From assembly GCA_028534125.1 (NCBI GenBank), contig CM052817.1, positions 55,492,001-55,556,000 on the forward strand: DNA of 64,000 nucleotides, in the 5' to 3' direction. Shown here piece after piece: positions 13,256 through 27,000 of this stretch (positions within the stretch are counted from its first letter, which is position 1; each line of letters opens with the position of its first letter). The notes below the pieces were generated by a model. That model saw nothing but the letters and a program-made list of their open reading frames with translations. It did not search any database and was not told the DNA's origin. Source of the stretch: Lama glama. Lineage: Eukaryota. The position numbers and the translations under genes were made by a program.

Positions 13256-14059
13256 ATGTATTGGATATTCATGACAGTATATGTTAACTTACCCACACGT
13301 CCTTTCAAGAAACCCTCAAAGTTGCCTTGTAGAACATCATCTTAAAATTTAGGTTTATAAATATTTCATATCAGTTACTCAGTCTTCTGAATAGCAGAAT
13401 CCAAATGAATCTTCCATTCTGCTTGTTATGTATTCTATTGTTTATTGTCAGATTCAATAATTTATATTTCCATTTGTTCTAAAATAAATACCAACACAAA
13501 AATAAAATCTTTGACAGAAGTCAGCTTGTCCCATTTTAACCATTACTCACATGTAAAAAATACTATTATTGACAAAAACAGTAGCAGTAACAAAAGCTAC
13601 CACTATTCACTGTACAATGCATACTAGGAGCTTTAGACCAATTCTTTCATTTCACTTCACCTCAATTATTCAAGGAAAGTTTTTTTAATCAACAAATAAA
13701 TTTCATTTATCTAATCCTCACTGCAAATTACAGATGAAATTTTTAACATTTTAAAAAAAACGTGATTTATAGAAATGTTAAGTAAAGACAAATGCCATAA
13801 AGATAATAAATGGCATAAGACAGTATCAAACCCAGATTAGAGGGATTTCAAAACCCAAGGGCTTCCCGTATGCCATGTAACTTCTTAGAGAGTGAAGAAA
13901 CTAAATCTGGGACACATTTATGGACTCCATTACATTAGAAAAAACAATCATATACAGGCAATGTAAATTGAGAAGGAATGAAAAAAGGAGGTGAAGGAGG
14001 AGGCGGAGGAAGATATTATAGCCCAGCTATGGACATTCACTGTAGTCTATACGAAGAGC

Positions 14060-14280
14060 TGATAGTAATAGAGGCTGAGCCCTAAAAGGAAGTATTCCAA
14101 GAGACAAGACATGAAAGATGCCAGTCTTCAAACTTGGACCCAGAAACTGGCACAGCGTAACTTCCACCTTATTCCACTGGTCAAAGCAATCACAGACTTT
14201 CAATGTTTAAAAGGGGATATAGACCAAATGTGTTGATGTGAGAGGGTGAAGAAAGTATGGTTATCATTAATTTACTACAG
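14060..14280 (-). mobile_element. Old MLT1 LTR fragment
   Basis: cagaaactggcacagcgtaacttccaccttattccactggtcaaagcaatcaca. Confidence 0.7.
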
Positions 14281-14322
14281 CCTTAAAGTAACAGGGTGAA
14301 TATTTAGTGGAAGATATATAGA

Positions 14323-14347
14323 TGTGTGTGTGTGTGTGTGTGTGTGT
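14323..14347. repeat. (TG)n microsatellite
   Basis: About 12 perfect TG units. Confidence 0.95.
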
Positions 14348-17300
14348 AGCTTATGCAAACTTCAGGAGACAAATGCTTTCTCTATGTCTGTTTCTCCTCT
14401 GTGTCTTAGGCTCATTTTCTTCCCTCCGTCTCTCTTTCTTTCTTTCTCTCACATCACTTAACTTGGTGGCAACATTCATAGAGCCAACATTATACGTCTA
14501 GGAGAAAGAGGTTGAGTAGACTCTTTTCCCAATGCCAAAAAACTGGAATGCTACAGTAAGACAAATCTCCCTTTCAATTCAGAATGTTCTCAAGTCTAGT
14601 ATCCCCCATAAAGAAAGGGTCGAGATTGAAAAAAAAAAACTCTTTGTGGAAAAAAATAAAGATGACAAATGAGATTTGTTTGGCATAGATTTTAAACTTT
14701 ATATTTAATATCTTCATGCAACATATATTCCTTGGTACTCTGTAGACCTTCCAGTTCCAAAGTTTATGTGCTTAGTCCCTTTATCATATACCTGACCCTG
14801 AATGTGTCTAAGTTTGCCATCTCTGTCATTGTGCTATAATAGCCAAATTCTAGCTAGTCACATAAAGAACCTCATGTATCTATCCTCTGTGCCTACAGCT
14901 CTTGGAAACTTGTGGCCATAGTAGTTTTCATGGATTTTGAGACCTGTTACTGGCATTCTCCTTGAAGACAGTCAGTAATCGTCATATACAAGGCTGACTC
15001 CAGTGTCTCATCTGTTAGGAAGCTTCCATAACTGAATGTGTTATCCAAATAATAAATATATAGCAAATAGTGAAAAGGATTCCAAGCAGGACTTCACCAG
15101 TTTTTGTCTCAGTGTGCATACATTTTCTAAATAAATCCAGATACCTACTAGCAATTACTCTAATAAAGTCAGAGATTTTTTCAAGATGAAAGTGAGCTTC
15201 AAATCAAGTGTTTCACTTTATAGGTGATAAACTTGACATCCAGGGAAATTAAGTGACTTCTCTAATCACTTAATTTATGGTAAAGGCAGGATTGAAAGTT
15301 AGGTTTGTTATTAACATTAGGAACTTTTTAGAATATACCTTAATATTTCAATATACTAGCATCAAAACACCAAAACAACCTACATTGCAATATCCTTTTA
15401 GCTTTTAATCCATAGTTTGAGCAATCAATTCCTCTTTATAAGAGTCATATCTTAGCACTGATGTAACTTTATTTGATATAATATTTAGTATCCCTTTTTA
15501 CAGTTTGTCATTCTGAAGAGAGAGTATGAATTTGTTTGATAAAGTTGGCATTTTTCGTAACTGAAGTAAATATGAAAGGTGAGTTTGTGGGTGTTTGTAT
15601 CCTCTCCATCTTAATGTCCTCATATTTTATGAAATCTGAAAATCAGCTGTATGGAATTAATCTATTTTCTAATAACTTCAGTTGAGACCAGAGATAAGCA
15701 AATTATATCTCCTTTTATGAGCAGCAATAAGATGTCATGTACAGATTTAAAAATCACAGAGAATTGGAGTAAAACCCTAGTGACTCTGGCTACTTTATTT
15801 CTCTGCTGCTTAGGTTTCTCACCTAGCATGGTTTGGGGATTATAGGTAACATATCCAATTCTCCTGTAACATCAAAGACTTTAAATGTGTATTAGCTTGT
15901 TACTGTTGTTTCTCAGAAACTTTACATTTACCTAAGGAGATGGTGTGAACATTTTAAGATGTCAAATAAAGAAATATATACCAACATTAAACTGCATTAA
16001 TAATCAGAAATACAGGCAATTGAATAGCTACAGTCTTTAGAAAGAGCCAGTATTGCATCCAGAAACAGTATCTTTTACTTAGATGATGTCCTGGGGGGAA
16101 CAAATAATGGTAGTTCTTAAATTGTAATGGCTTCAGAAACCACTGGAATTTGTTTCACTCAATGAGAGAAGGTCTTTCTCAAAGATACAAGTTCCATCTG
16201 ATTATTAATTTCTGAGCTAATACATCAGTAGCATGAAGCTGATTAACTCTTCCATGCTCTTTAGTCCTATAACATTGAAGTTAAGTCTAAGAATTATAAC
16301 TGCCAGTTGAAAGTATCATCAAAAATCAAGTGTCTGATTGTGATTCTTGAGTCAATTTTTCATTTTACTTACTTTGACAAGGAAAAATCGTGATTGTTAG
16401 ATATTCATCTAATTTTAAGGACATCTTTAAATCTTTTGGGTTGATTGGAGCTCTATTTGTGAAGTTACAATCAATTATTTTTAGAACTGTGTTGACCCAT
16501 ATTTAAGTGAAAATTTTTAAAGTGAAAATAACACTCTAACAAGTGAAATAACCTATTACAAGCATTGGTAACCTCAAAGTGACCAATTGTGGTCCCTGGA
16601 AATACTAAAACATTATTTCAATAGGGTAGAATAGATGTTTGCCTCTTTAGTAAATAGTTATGTTATAAGCTCAACTTTTTAAATGACAAGATAGAGAATA
16701 AGTCCAAAAATAATTAACTTTATGAATATTAATTTAAAAATTCACTTTTTTCTTCATTTTCCTTTTTAAATTAGAGTAATGATTAATCCAGTGTTTTCAA
16801 CTCTCAAAGCACTTGTGTCAACAGTTGCTCATACTTAGAAGTTTCTTGCTTAAATCAAAGAAGGAGTGGAATTAAAGATATTTGAGACATAATACTTTAC
16901 TTTTAAATTTAAAAGGGCACAAATTGGCAAAGATATTTTTCTAACTACAAAATTTTTAACATTGTGCTTGAACATCCCTTCTAGAGCGTGTATACAAATT
17001 TCAAGACTGATTTTTCTGATCTAAAATGTTTTCCAAATCTTCTCTATAATTGTTGTTTTTACTAGACTATGAGCTCTTTAAAGACAGGAACTGTATGACA
17101 TTATTTCAATTTTACATGCCAAGTACCTATTAGATATGTTCTCATTTGTACAAAAACTAAATTCCACTGTTAAAATGCTAGCCTTCTACAAGCCAAGGTT
17201 ATCAAGACTCTAGAGGCAAACTCTCGTGGCTTATATTACTTATCTATTGTATATTGGACCAGTGCCTTAGTTTACTTTATCTGCAAATGTAGAAATAATA

Positions 17301-17530
17301 ATAGCATCTATTTTATAGGTTCTGTGAATATTTAAACTGTTAGTATATATTAAAATACCGAGAACAATGTGAGACACCCAATTACTATTAAATGAAAGTT
17401 GGGCTTGGAGCCTAGAGAATGAACTCAGGAACCTAGTGCCTAAATCTAAATCCTGCTTACACCATGTACTGCCTGTAATTTTGTTGTAATTAAAAATATC
17501 TCTACAACTCAATAGTCAAAATCTATCAAA

Positions 17531-18082
17531 TCTACCACAAAGAGGGAAGGAAAAATGACCCCAGTTCTTGTCTTACCTAAAAGAGAAGAATTCGGACAGG
17601 AGGCTAAAGCATTGTGTAGCAAAAGATTTTAAGATTTTATTGGCAAAGGTAAAGTACACTTCCAAAAATGGGAGGCAAGCCCATCCAAGGGCAGATAGCA
17701 ATGGTCTTTGTCTGCCCCTTCTCTTGTACCCTTGCTTAGAGGTGATCTCTTGATTGATTGACAGCTCTTGCCCCTTGAATGCTAGGCATGCTCATCCCCT
17801 TTTGTGCATGTCTTTACCCATGGTGCACACAGAAAAACCCATGGAGGGTGCCTAAACTACAATGCGAATTATATTACAGTGATCATTGGGTCATGTCCGG
17901 TTAGGTCCTTGTTGCTACTGCGCAGTTGCAGCTGTAGGGTTCTAAACTGTTTCTTGAGGGCACTCATTTAGAGGAACTAAAGCCCCATTTTGTTGGAGGC
18001 GGGCATAACGCCATCTTCTTGACCGTCCTCCCTCTCCTCCACCTTATCTGCTCAGTGCCCCCACTTATCTAACTACATAACA
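17531..18082 (-). mobile_element. Solo ERV (probably ERV1) LTR, ~550 bp
   Basis: GC-richer block whose minus strand begins TGTTATGTAG at 18082, with a minus-strand AATAAA near 17640. The left end resembles MER4-group LTR termini (..aagagaagaattc..). No TSD is readable. Confidence 0.75.
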
Positions 18083-21000
18083 ATAATAATAATATTCCTA
18101 CTGCTAAGAAAAATATGTGACACCTAGCCATTTTAAGGTTAATTATATATCTCAAGAGGTATTCCAGGAAATTGTTCTTATTACTATAAGTGAGTTCTTT
18201 CCCTGCAAACTTCTGTGTAATTTGGTACCCCAGTGTTCTGGGCTGCAGTTGGTTGATGTGAGCCTTGGAGGTCTACTCTCCCTAAATAAGAAACAGCCAC
18301 TTTCTCCTTTGGATCATGTTCCTGCAAGGCCATAAAAGTAGGGATGCTTCTTCCACAGCAGAGTAGCATCTACTAACAAGTCACTTCAAAAGTGAACAGT
18401 CTGAGAGATCATGTATCTTAAATTCTATATGGAATTGTGAGTTCAACAGAAAGATGAAGAGGGAGAGAGAGGAAGAGAAGGCAGAAAAGAGAGAGAAATG
18501 AAATGGAAAAACAATGTTTAGAATCTTTAATAATTACCATGGTTTCCTTTCCTCCAGTAAACAATTCACCCATAATGCTTCATGATTCCTGTAGTGTATG
18601 AGTTTACAAATGGTTACTAGGTACTTGCTTTATGAAAACAGTCAAAAAAGAACCTCCGATGTTATACAAATATGTTGTCCCTAAGGAGGCATGGATGACA
18701 TGCTAGTCTCCAAACCAGCAATTTATTTGCTTCAATGTCTAGTAAGACAAAACCTTGGGATGGACAGAATAGGCCTGTGAAAGATACCTGACCTGGGAAG
18801 AAGGGTCACAGAACTAGTCTTTGGATTCAATCTAAAGGGTCTCTGTGCTATTCTCACGCAAGTTGGTATCTGGATACTGGGGCTGAAAGCCTTCCTTTTC
18901 TTTCTGCTTTGTTTTCCATACTATGTAATTTAAATTTTTTTCTTGAAATATTGATTTGTGATTATACTCCATTAGTGTGTCCAATGTCTTGGCTTACACA
19001 TAAATTTCTTTTCCCTTTTTTGACCATGGTTTCAACAGAACTATAATGTTGACTTAACCTGGCATAGTGCCTCCCCTCTCCCAGTTTACAACTGTTCTCT
19101 TTTATGAATCTTCAGTGGGAGATATTTCAGTGGGTTGAAATGACACTTTTATTCTAGGAGACTACAACATAATCAAGCTAGTCTAATGATTAGTGAATAA
19201 ATTCTTTGCCAAAAGCATTCATGAGCACACAGGGGAAACATACACACTTGTCAATTGCGAATCTGTCTACAGTGTAAAGAGTTAGAGCAAAGCGATTTGT
19301 GATGCCTATGTTAAAGGAGCAATGTCATGGATTAAAAATTAGTTTTATTTAATAACCATGCATACATCTGGAATTTCTGGCCCAACCACAGGCTTGAACC
19401 TCAGCTGAATTTGATATTCCGTATCATCACTGTGCATTGATTCCTCTTAGACTTACTCCAGTATCAGTCTCTACACATTCCCGAGCCCTCTTCCCCTCCT
19501 TGTATCCATTCCATTCTAAGGTAGTACAACTGGTCACTGATACTAAGGACTTAAAGTGTAGTCATCTCCTTTGTAGGCTGCATTAGGATACCCAAGAACA
19601 AAATTAGTTGTGTCACATCAAATCTCCATATAGCCATTTAAAATTACCTATCCATTTCCGCAGTAAAGATCTTACCCTTGTTTATCTCTAATAAGGTAAC
19701 CAATCCCTTTCTGGAACTGACCAAAAAATACTCACCTGGTTTTCTTTCCATTTCCTTTTTCTTTCATTTGTTTTTAACAGAGCTTATATTCTTATTTCTA
19801 GTCATTGTGACCATGGATCTCAGCTCTTAAAATTCCAGTTTCAATGCAGTTTATACCATGCACAATTGAACTGAAAAGTCACATGAATATTTTAATCATT
19901 TAAACAAAAATTCTGTTGAAATTACATGAATTGTAGAATAAAATTAACTCTCAAACAGAATTGCCTGTGGACAAACCCCTGGACTCTTCAAAACTGGGTT
20001 GAAATTAGGCATTTATTACAAATAATGCGAATATTCACTGTTAGGGAATATCCTGCCTGTTTTTTTCAGGTTATGGAGGAACAGATGATCTTTTCTAAAG
20101 TGAATCATTGCCGTATAACATTACTCATCGCCAGCCAACCTCCAGCTGCTTTGTCAGAGCCATTTTTTGTGATGGTGATTTTTTTTTTGGTCCTTTAATT
20201 CCTCAAGTTTTAGGACTGAAAGTACTTCTCCTATTCCTGTGCCTTTCCTTGACTTCTCTTTTTACCTCTGGAGCAGTCAGAGTCCAAAGAGTAATACATG
20301 AAATAACAGCATTGAAAATTAGCAACAATATTCATTCATCACCTGTAAAATAGATAATGGAGGAGATGTCTAACTGACAGCTGACAAAGCTTTTCTTGTC
20401 TTCAGTCCCATGGCACAATTCTAACAGTTGCAGTTTCCCCAGATGTATATGGATGCTGACTGTGCTAGTTGACATGCTGTTCTTAGCAAAATGCAATGTG
20501 TTCAATCAAGCTGGTCGATCCAGAGTCCATAAATTTATCATGCAAATGTTAGTGGCGAGAAAGCCTTCTCAGAGGCTGCTTATGCACAGGGAGCCAGGGT
20601 TGTCTTCTGTTTCCAACCTGACAGTTCATTCAGTGGTCTTATTGACCTCTGCCGTCTCAGGGCCAAGTTTCTCACAACCATTCAAAACACTGGTAAAATT
20701 TATTTCAAAAGCATAATTGTAATGAAAGACTCTCCATTTACAAAATGAGCACACACCAACAAAGGTTTTTCAGACACATTGTAGATGGAATGACATTTTT
20801 AGAAAATGCACCAGGGCAATAGTTTGCCTTTGTTGTAACAGAGGAAAAGATGTGAAATGTATGTCAGAATGTTAGAACTCCACTAAATTACAGCAGGAAA
20901 AAATTCAAATGTAATAATGAAATTTACTAGTAAAAAGGACTGTACTGTTTTCCAAAATAAAGATACCTAAATTAGATTGTTTATTTGACAAAATCCACAT

Positions 21001-21479
21001 TGGTAAATATCAGATTTATTTAATACAGAGTTTCTCAAATTTTGTATCTAAACTGCCCTAGAGAATCTAAGAATGATGACCATCAGAATCTTTCATTTAT
21101 CTGAAACCAAATAAAAATAAGTTAAAAATATATGTAGTGAGCACCGAATGTTTCATAGTAATATTTCTTAAATTTCTTTAGACCCATTTTGATTTTTTTA
21201 AACCAGGGAGAATTGAGGAAATAATTGATTTTAATAGCTTTTGTTAACAGTAATATCTTGCATTTGTCACATATCTGTAGAAACTAACATTTTTTGAAAA
21301 CCACGTGTCAGATGCTATGGCATCTCAAATGTTTTAATTCTTCAACAGAACCTTCTGATGTAGGTAATTTTATTCCCTATTTTTCTCAATTGTTTTACTG
21401 ATACTTTTCTCTGACATTTCTATTCTGCTTTTGGGATTACCCAGTAGGTAATTTTTTTTCCCTTAGCCATTTGACATAA

Positions 21480-21970
21480 CTCCACTCTTATTATTTGTCC
21501 TAGAGAAATGAAAATGTATGTAAATAGAAAAAAAAAACCTGCCCTTGAATCTTTATAACAAATCTATTCACAATCTCCAAAAATTAGAAAGAATCCTAAT
21601 GTCTTTCAACATGTGCTAAGTAATCTCTGGTATATCCATACAATGGAATATTATTCAGCAAAATATAATAAATTATTGATAAATTCAGTAACTTGAATTT
21701 GCCTTCAAGGTATTATGCTGGAAAGAAGACTTACAAGGTTACATACTGTTTGACATTTATGCATTTATGTGACATTCTCGAAATGTTACATCTATTCATC
21801 TTTGCCTGGGTTTAGGGATAGGGGAGATATGATTCTCAAGACATGGCACAGAAGAGGTTTTTGGGGGTGATGGAATAGTTTTGTATTCTTATTGTGGTAG
21901 TTGGTTACATGAATCTATACATGTGTTACAATTCATAGAAATACACGCCAGAAAGTAAATTTTAAAAGAT
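21480..21970 (+). mobile_element. L1MB/MC-like 3' end
   Basis: cctagagaaatgaaaatgtatg, tggtatatccatacaatggaatattattcagca and ggggtgatggaatagttttgtat. Confidence 0.85.
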
Positions 21971-23311
21971 AATAATTTTAAAAATAGTGAAGACACGAGT
22001 GTAAGATAATTTTTACAGTGGCTAGGGATTTTTTTTTTCCTGAAAATGAGTAGAAGTTTGTGAAAATACAGTATTATTCAAATATTTGAAAAACTGTTTT
22101 ATGGCTTACACAAAATTATCAAAATTAAGAACACTGAACTTATTTAAAACGATTATTTGTTTTTATAATATTACTTATTTCATCTTGGTGTTGCACAGTC
22201 TTATTTGTAATTATCCTATTATTTTCATCCTGTTCAGTAATCTAATTGTGTTAATGTAAAAACCAACTGTATACGCCAACCACTACAGTCATATTCCACT
22301 AATTTTAGATCATCAAAAGGATCCTTAATATTGCTGGTCATTTAGGAAAGTCACAAATTAGAGGAAGAGAAGTGCCTGAATTCCTTTTCTTCCTTCTAGT
22401 GTTATAAGTCTCTTTCTATCTGACTTTATTTATTGAGTAGAGCTGCCAAGACCTTCCAGTGTGGAAATTGGGAATACTTAATTCTTGAGCACATGGCTCA
22501 AAACATTAACGTTTTAAACTTGGCATAAACTTCAGTCTCAGGGAAAAACAGCTGCTTTGCTAAGCATTGGGGGAAAATGTTCATTTAAAAAGTTTTAAAT
22601 AAGTGGAAAATGCTCTTCTGCCTGATCATTAGAAAGTTTTGGGAAATGTTTGCAGTTGAGGAAAATCCTGCCCCAACCTCATTAGATATTAATAGTCAAT
22701 GTGATATGTGAACAGGGGGAAAAGAAACACATTCTGTTGAGCATAGTATTAAAACATATATTTATAATGTCAGCACAATAATTGTTTGGAATTTTTTAGG
22801 GTTTTTATCTCAGTTTGTATATGCAGTTCATTCTTGAGGGGTACTTAAAATAATGCTGTTTTATGTTGTTTTCTGGTATACTTCCTTGGTATCATCACTT
22901 TTTTTAAAAAACTAAAGTACGTATAGTTGACATAAAATATTATGTTAGTTGCAAGAGTACAACATAGTGACATATAACTATTGCCATCTTTGGTTACTTT
23001 GAAGCATTTATCCAGAAATGATACTTCTTCATGTAGCAAACAAGCAAAAAAAAAAAAGAATTCTTCAATGAAATAAGGATAACATAAAATGCTGAAATAA
23101 AGAAACATTGCTTTTCCATTTTCCTTTCTTGTCTCTCTCACTTTTCTTTATCCTTCCCTCTCCTTCCTTCCCTCCTTTTCTTTTCTCTTTCTTTATTTTG
23201 AACTTTAAAATATAATGACATAGAACCTCAGTCCTACAATAATCATACAAACAAAAAAAAGAAAAAGAAATAAAAGATTAAAATAAGTAGAGGCACCTCT
23301 GGGCAAGAAAT

Positions 23312-23379
23312 TATATATATGTATACACATACACATATACACAGACATACATACATACATACATACATACATACATACA
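23312..23379. repeat. (TA)n/(CATA)n compound microsatellite
   Basis: Read directly from the sequence. Confidence 0.9.
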
Positions 23380-23979
23380 ATTTATATAAAATATCTCTAT
23401 AGTTTCTTTTCTTGAATTTTACCCATGATAAATCCTATGCTAGATGGAAATAAATACAAATTTTCATCACTGAGTCAATTCATTTTCTATTTTGGATGTG
23501 AGCATCTTACCCTATAGCCAACTTTGTTTCATTTACATTCTTTGGAACATTTCAAACATGATTCAGATTCTGTACTTAAAACTCAGAGAAAAGAATAGTA
23601 ATTTCTTCTCCAAAATCAATGTAAATCCAGCCACTCTCAGAAAGTGTATGTGGCTTGCGAATGCACCATCCAAAGTATAATCACCAACGAATTTTTTAAC
23701 TAGTATATTTACCATAGAAAAGAGTAACCTCTGATAACATTTATAGCTGTAATATCTGTTCAAAATAGACATTACTGCATGTTGAATCTTTTTTCTTTCT
23801 TTTTGTTTTAGTACATTCTGTCTAATGATGAAAAACTACTTTTTACATAATAGATGAATAATTAACATCCCCAATTTTATGCAGTAATTAATTTTGAACA
23901 TTTGTGTTACAATCACCTTTTTAAAAAGGGTGAATTCTATTTTTATATTCACATGAAATAAGTTCTAAGGCTAAAATAC

Positions 23980-23981
23980 TA

Positions 23982-24016
<35 letters not shown>
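23980..24016. repeat. (TA)n microsatellite
   Basis: Read directly, with one interruption. Confidence 0.9.
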
Positions 24017-27000
24017 GTTGGCAAATAATAAATATCTCACTATAAAAATTTCATTTGAAAAGATAATCCTAAACATTTTTCTAGGATGGAAATTGTGTCC
24101 CAATATAACAATTATAATACTGTACTCTAATCATTAAGTTTTACTTTTTTCTTTAGGCATCACAAATTCAGTGTATACTTGTTTTTTCACTGTGTTACAT
24201 TTGGAAAAGTAGTCAGCTAAGGAGTAACTCTTCCCTTTTATTCTCCCTTGTATGTAATGGAAGCAGTAATTCAGTAATGCTGCCCTGGGAAATTAATGGA
24301 ATCTCAACCCTTTGCCTCTGATCTATGTCCTTTCAGAATTATACTTTAAGAAAGAAAAACATACAGAAGATTTCCAAAAAGAGTCAAATTTCCAGCTTTT
24401 TTTCCAAAAGGAAGTTACTTTTCCTTATTTTGAAACTGAGTGTAATTTAAACACATCACTTTGGGTGCCTTCTTTATGGAATATTTTGCATAGAGAATGT
24501 CTCTCATTTCCTAATGATCATCTGATCCCTTTCTTCCCATGGCCACATTTTAATGAGAACACTGACTATCAAGCTTTGCTTTGTCCATTGAGAAGCAAAT
24601 AGAATGCTAGTGCAAATGTCTGGCCAGAACTTTTGAGTTTCAGTTCCATCTGTATTGCCAACATGCTCTAATTAAGATAATTCTTTCATGATTTATTATT
24701 TGCTCAAGCTTGGTTATGAAGATTCTTCTGGTATTTTTTTTGTTTATTTTATACGGTGGATAAACAATGATCTTAATCTGTAGTGCTTCCATGGATTCCA
24801 TTGTTTTATGCTATAACTGTCCATAATTAATGAATACATAGAAACTGGTAAATTTGCAAGGTAACATAATAGGATAGAATCAGACTGAGCACAGTTCATT
24901 GGGATTTGCAGTTTAATCAGCTAGGGTCCACAGGCTGATCTAATGAGAACAGCGCTCAAGAAAAACCCAATTATCTCAGAATAATCTGATGAGGACATAG
25001 CAACCACTTAACCAGCTAGTACTTTTGACATTGAGATGGTAAGAAAATCATCATCATCATAATAATTGCTAATACAACTATTATATGAACATACAGCTAT
25101 ATATAAACCATCTGTCTCTCTCTACAGAATATGTAGGCTGTACTATATATTTTATATACTTTATATACATAGTGTGTACATATACTACCTATATCTATGC
25201 TAAATAGATACTATATACATATTTATAGAGAGTGATTGATAGCTAGATGGCTGGATTGCTTAAGCAACTCCTCAAGCCATTTCCTTAAGCCAATTCATAT
25301 CCCCTCTATGAGACAAGAATTTTTATTCCTGTGTTATGGAATGAACTGAAGTCACTTTAATTTTTCAAACATAAATTTGTACTTCAATACCTGATAATAT
25401 TTCTAACATTGCAACATCATCTTGGACTTTGCTATTAAATATAAGAAAGTATTACATGATGACACATTATGTTAAGGCCAGATGTGTTCTTCATAATTTT
25501 GAAGATTAAAGACCTTACATTCTGATAAATACTGTTTTATATTGTATGTTATCGGATACAGTGGATAAAATATATGTTGCTTACTGATTTTATTTTATAA
25601 AATAGTCTATAATTTTAGCTTATACAAAGTAGCTAAATCTAATCAGCATATTTCATTACCTTTCTCCTAAAATAATTCTACAATATAAATTTGGGATACC
25701 TAATCCAAACCCTTTGAGCATGTGGGCTTCAAAAATATTTTTAGCATACAGTTAATATATACTAAAGTTATTATTTTGACAGCAATATGTCCGTCTGTAT
25801 TATGAGTTTTCCACTTAAATAATTTCTGAAAATCCATAGAAATGTTACAAACTTTGCTATAAAATTGGCATGAACGAATACTATCAAAAGTGATTTTACG
25901 ATTTCAGATTTAATATTTGATTCTGCACGTAAAATAAGTGACTTTTATTATATAAGACAATTAATTTCTCTTCACAGATATTTATGTGTGAAATTAAATA
26001 TTTCATACATTCATTAATTTTATAATTTTAGAAACCAGCCACTCAGAGGTACACTAATCAACTTTTCCATTTGTGTGAAAGCTAATTCTTTAATGGGCAG
26101 TAATAATTTTCTCTGCCTAATGAGTCATCATGCATGCCCTGCATATTGAGTACTTAAAATACTCTTTTTATTTTCATCATCAACAATATTGGACTGTGTC
26201 TTGCAGCATAAAAATTTTGGTCCTTTGAGTTAGGTATTTAAATACTTCTCTTTATGTCAATGTCATTGTTAAACATTAACATAATTTTGCCCTTCAAAAG
26301 GCCAGCCACATCCTCATGAATTCATATTCTTCTGAAAGTGCCCTTGTTTGTTATTTATTCTCATTAAAAACCTGCCAAAGTCATAGAGATGGGACCAACT
26401 TCTTGAGATAGAAGTGCAAAATGACACTATGTTTAGTGACATTCATATATGGATACAATAAAGCAAAGATTAGTCACTCCAAATATTAAGCATAGTGCAT
26501 AAATTTGTTTGCACACTGGTAAATTTAGTATTTTTATAAGTAGAAGTGAAGCCACTGTGATTTTACATGGAAAAACTATGAAACCAGAAACTGCAAAAGT
26601 AAACAATTTTCCTAAAACTTTTAGCATATTATCATAATCATGGTAGAGCAAATATGAAATATGAAAGATATTTATTCTCCATGAGACAAAGAGAAGATTA
26701 TTTATTCTCTAGGAAGATATTACATGTAAGGAGCCCAAAGGAATACATTATAAAGTGTAATTAAAATATATAGTATAAAATAATACTTCTCTTTCCGTTA
26801 AACAATGTTTCATTCAAATAATGAGAGTCAAATATATTGTATAATGATTGAATTTTGGATATGAATGTTTGACCTTCAGTTGACTCTACTTACATCTGAA
26901 TCACTATCTCTCTCAGGTAAAATGTCATGTATGAAAGAAAAGGGAAGCAAGTCATTTATTTTTCAAGCATATTGAAGTCCTTTAAAACAGAAAAGTAGAA

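Noticed and set aside
20070..20099. 30-nt coding micro-exon after tttttttcag
   Set aside because: The donor is weak (AAA|GTGAAT) and the peptide is unrecognised.
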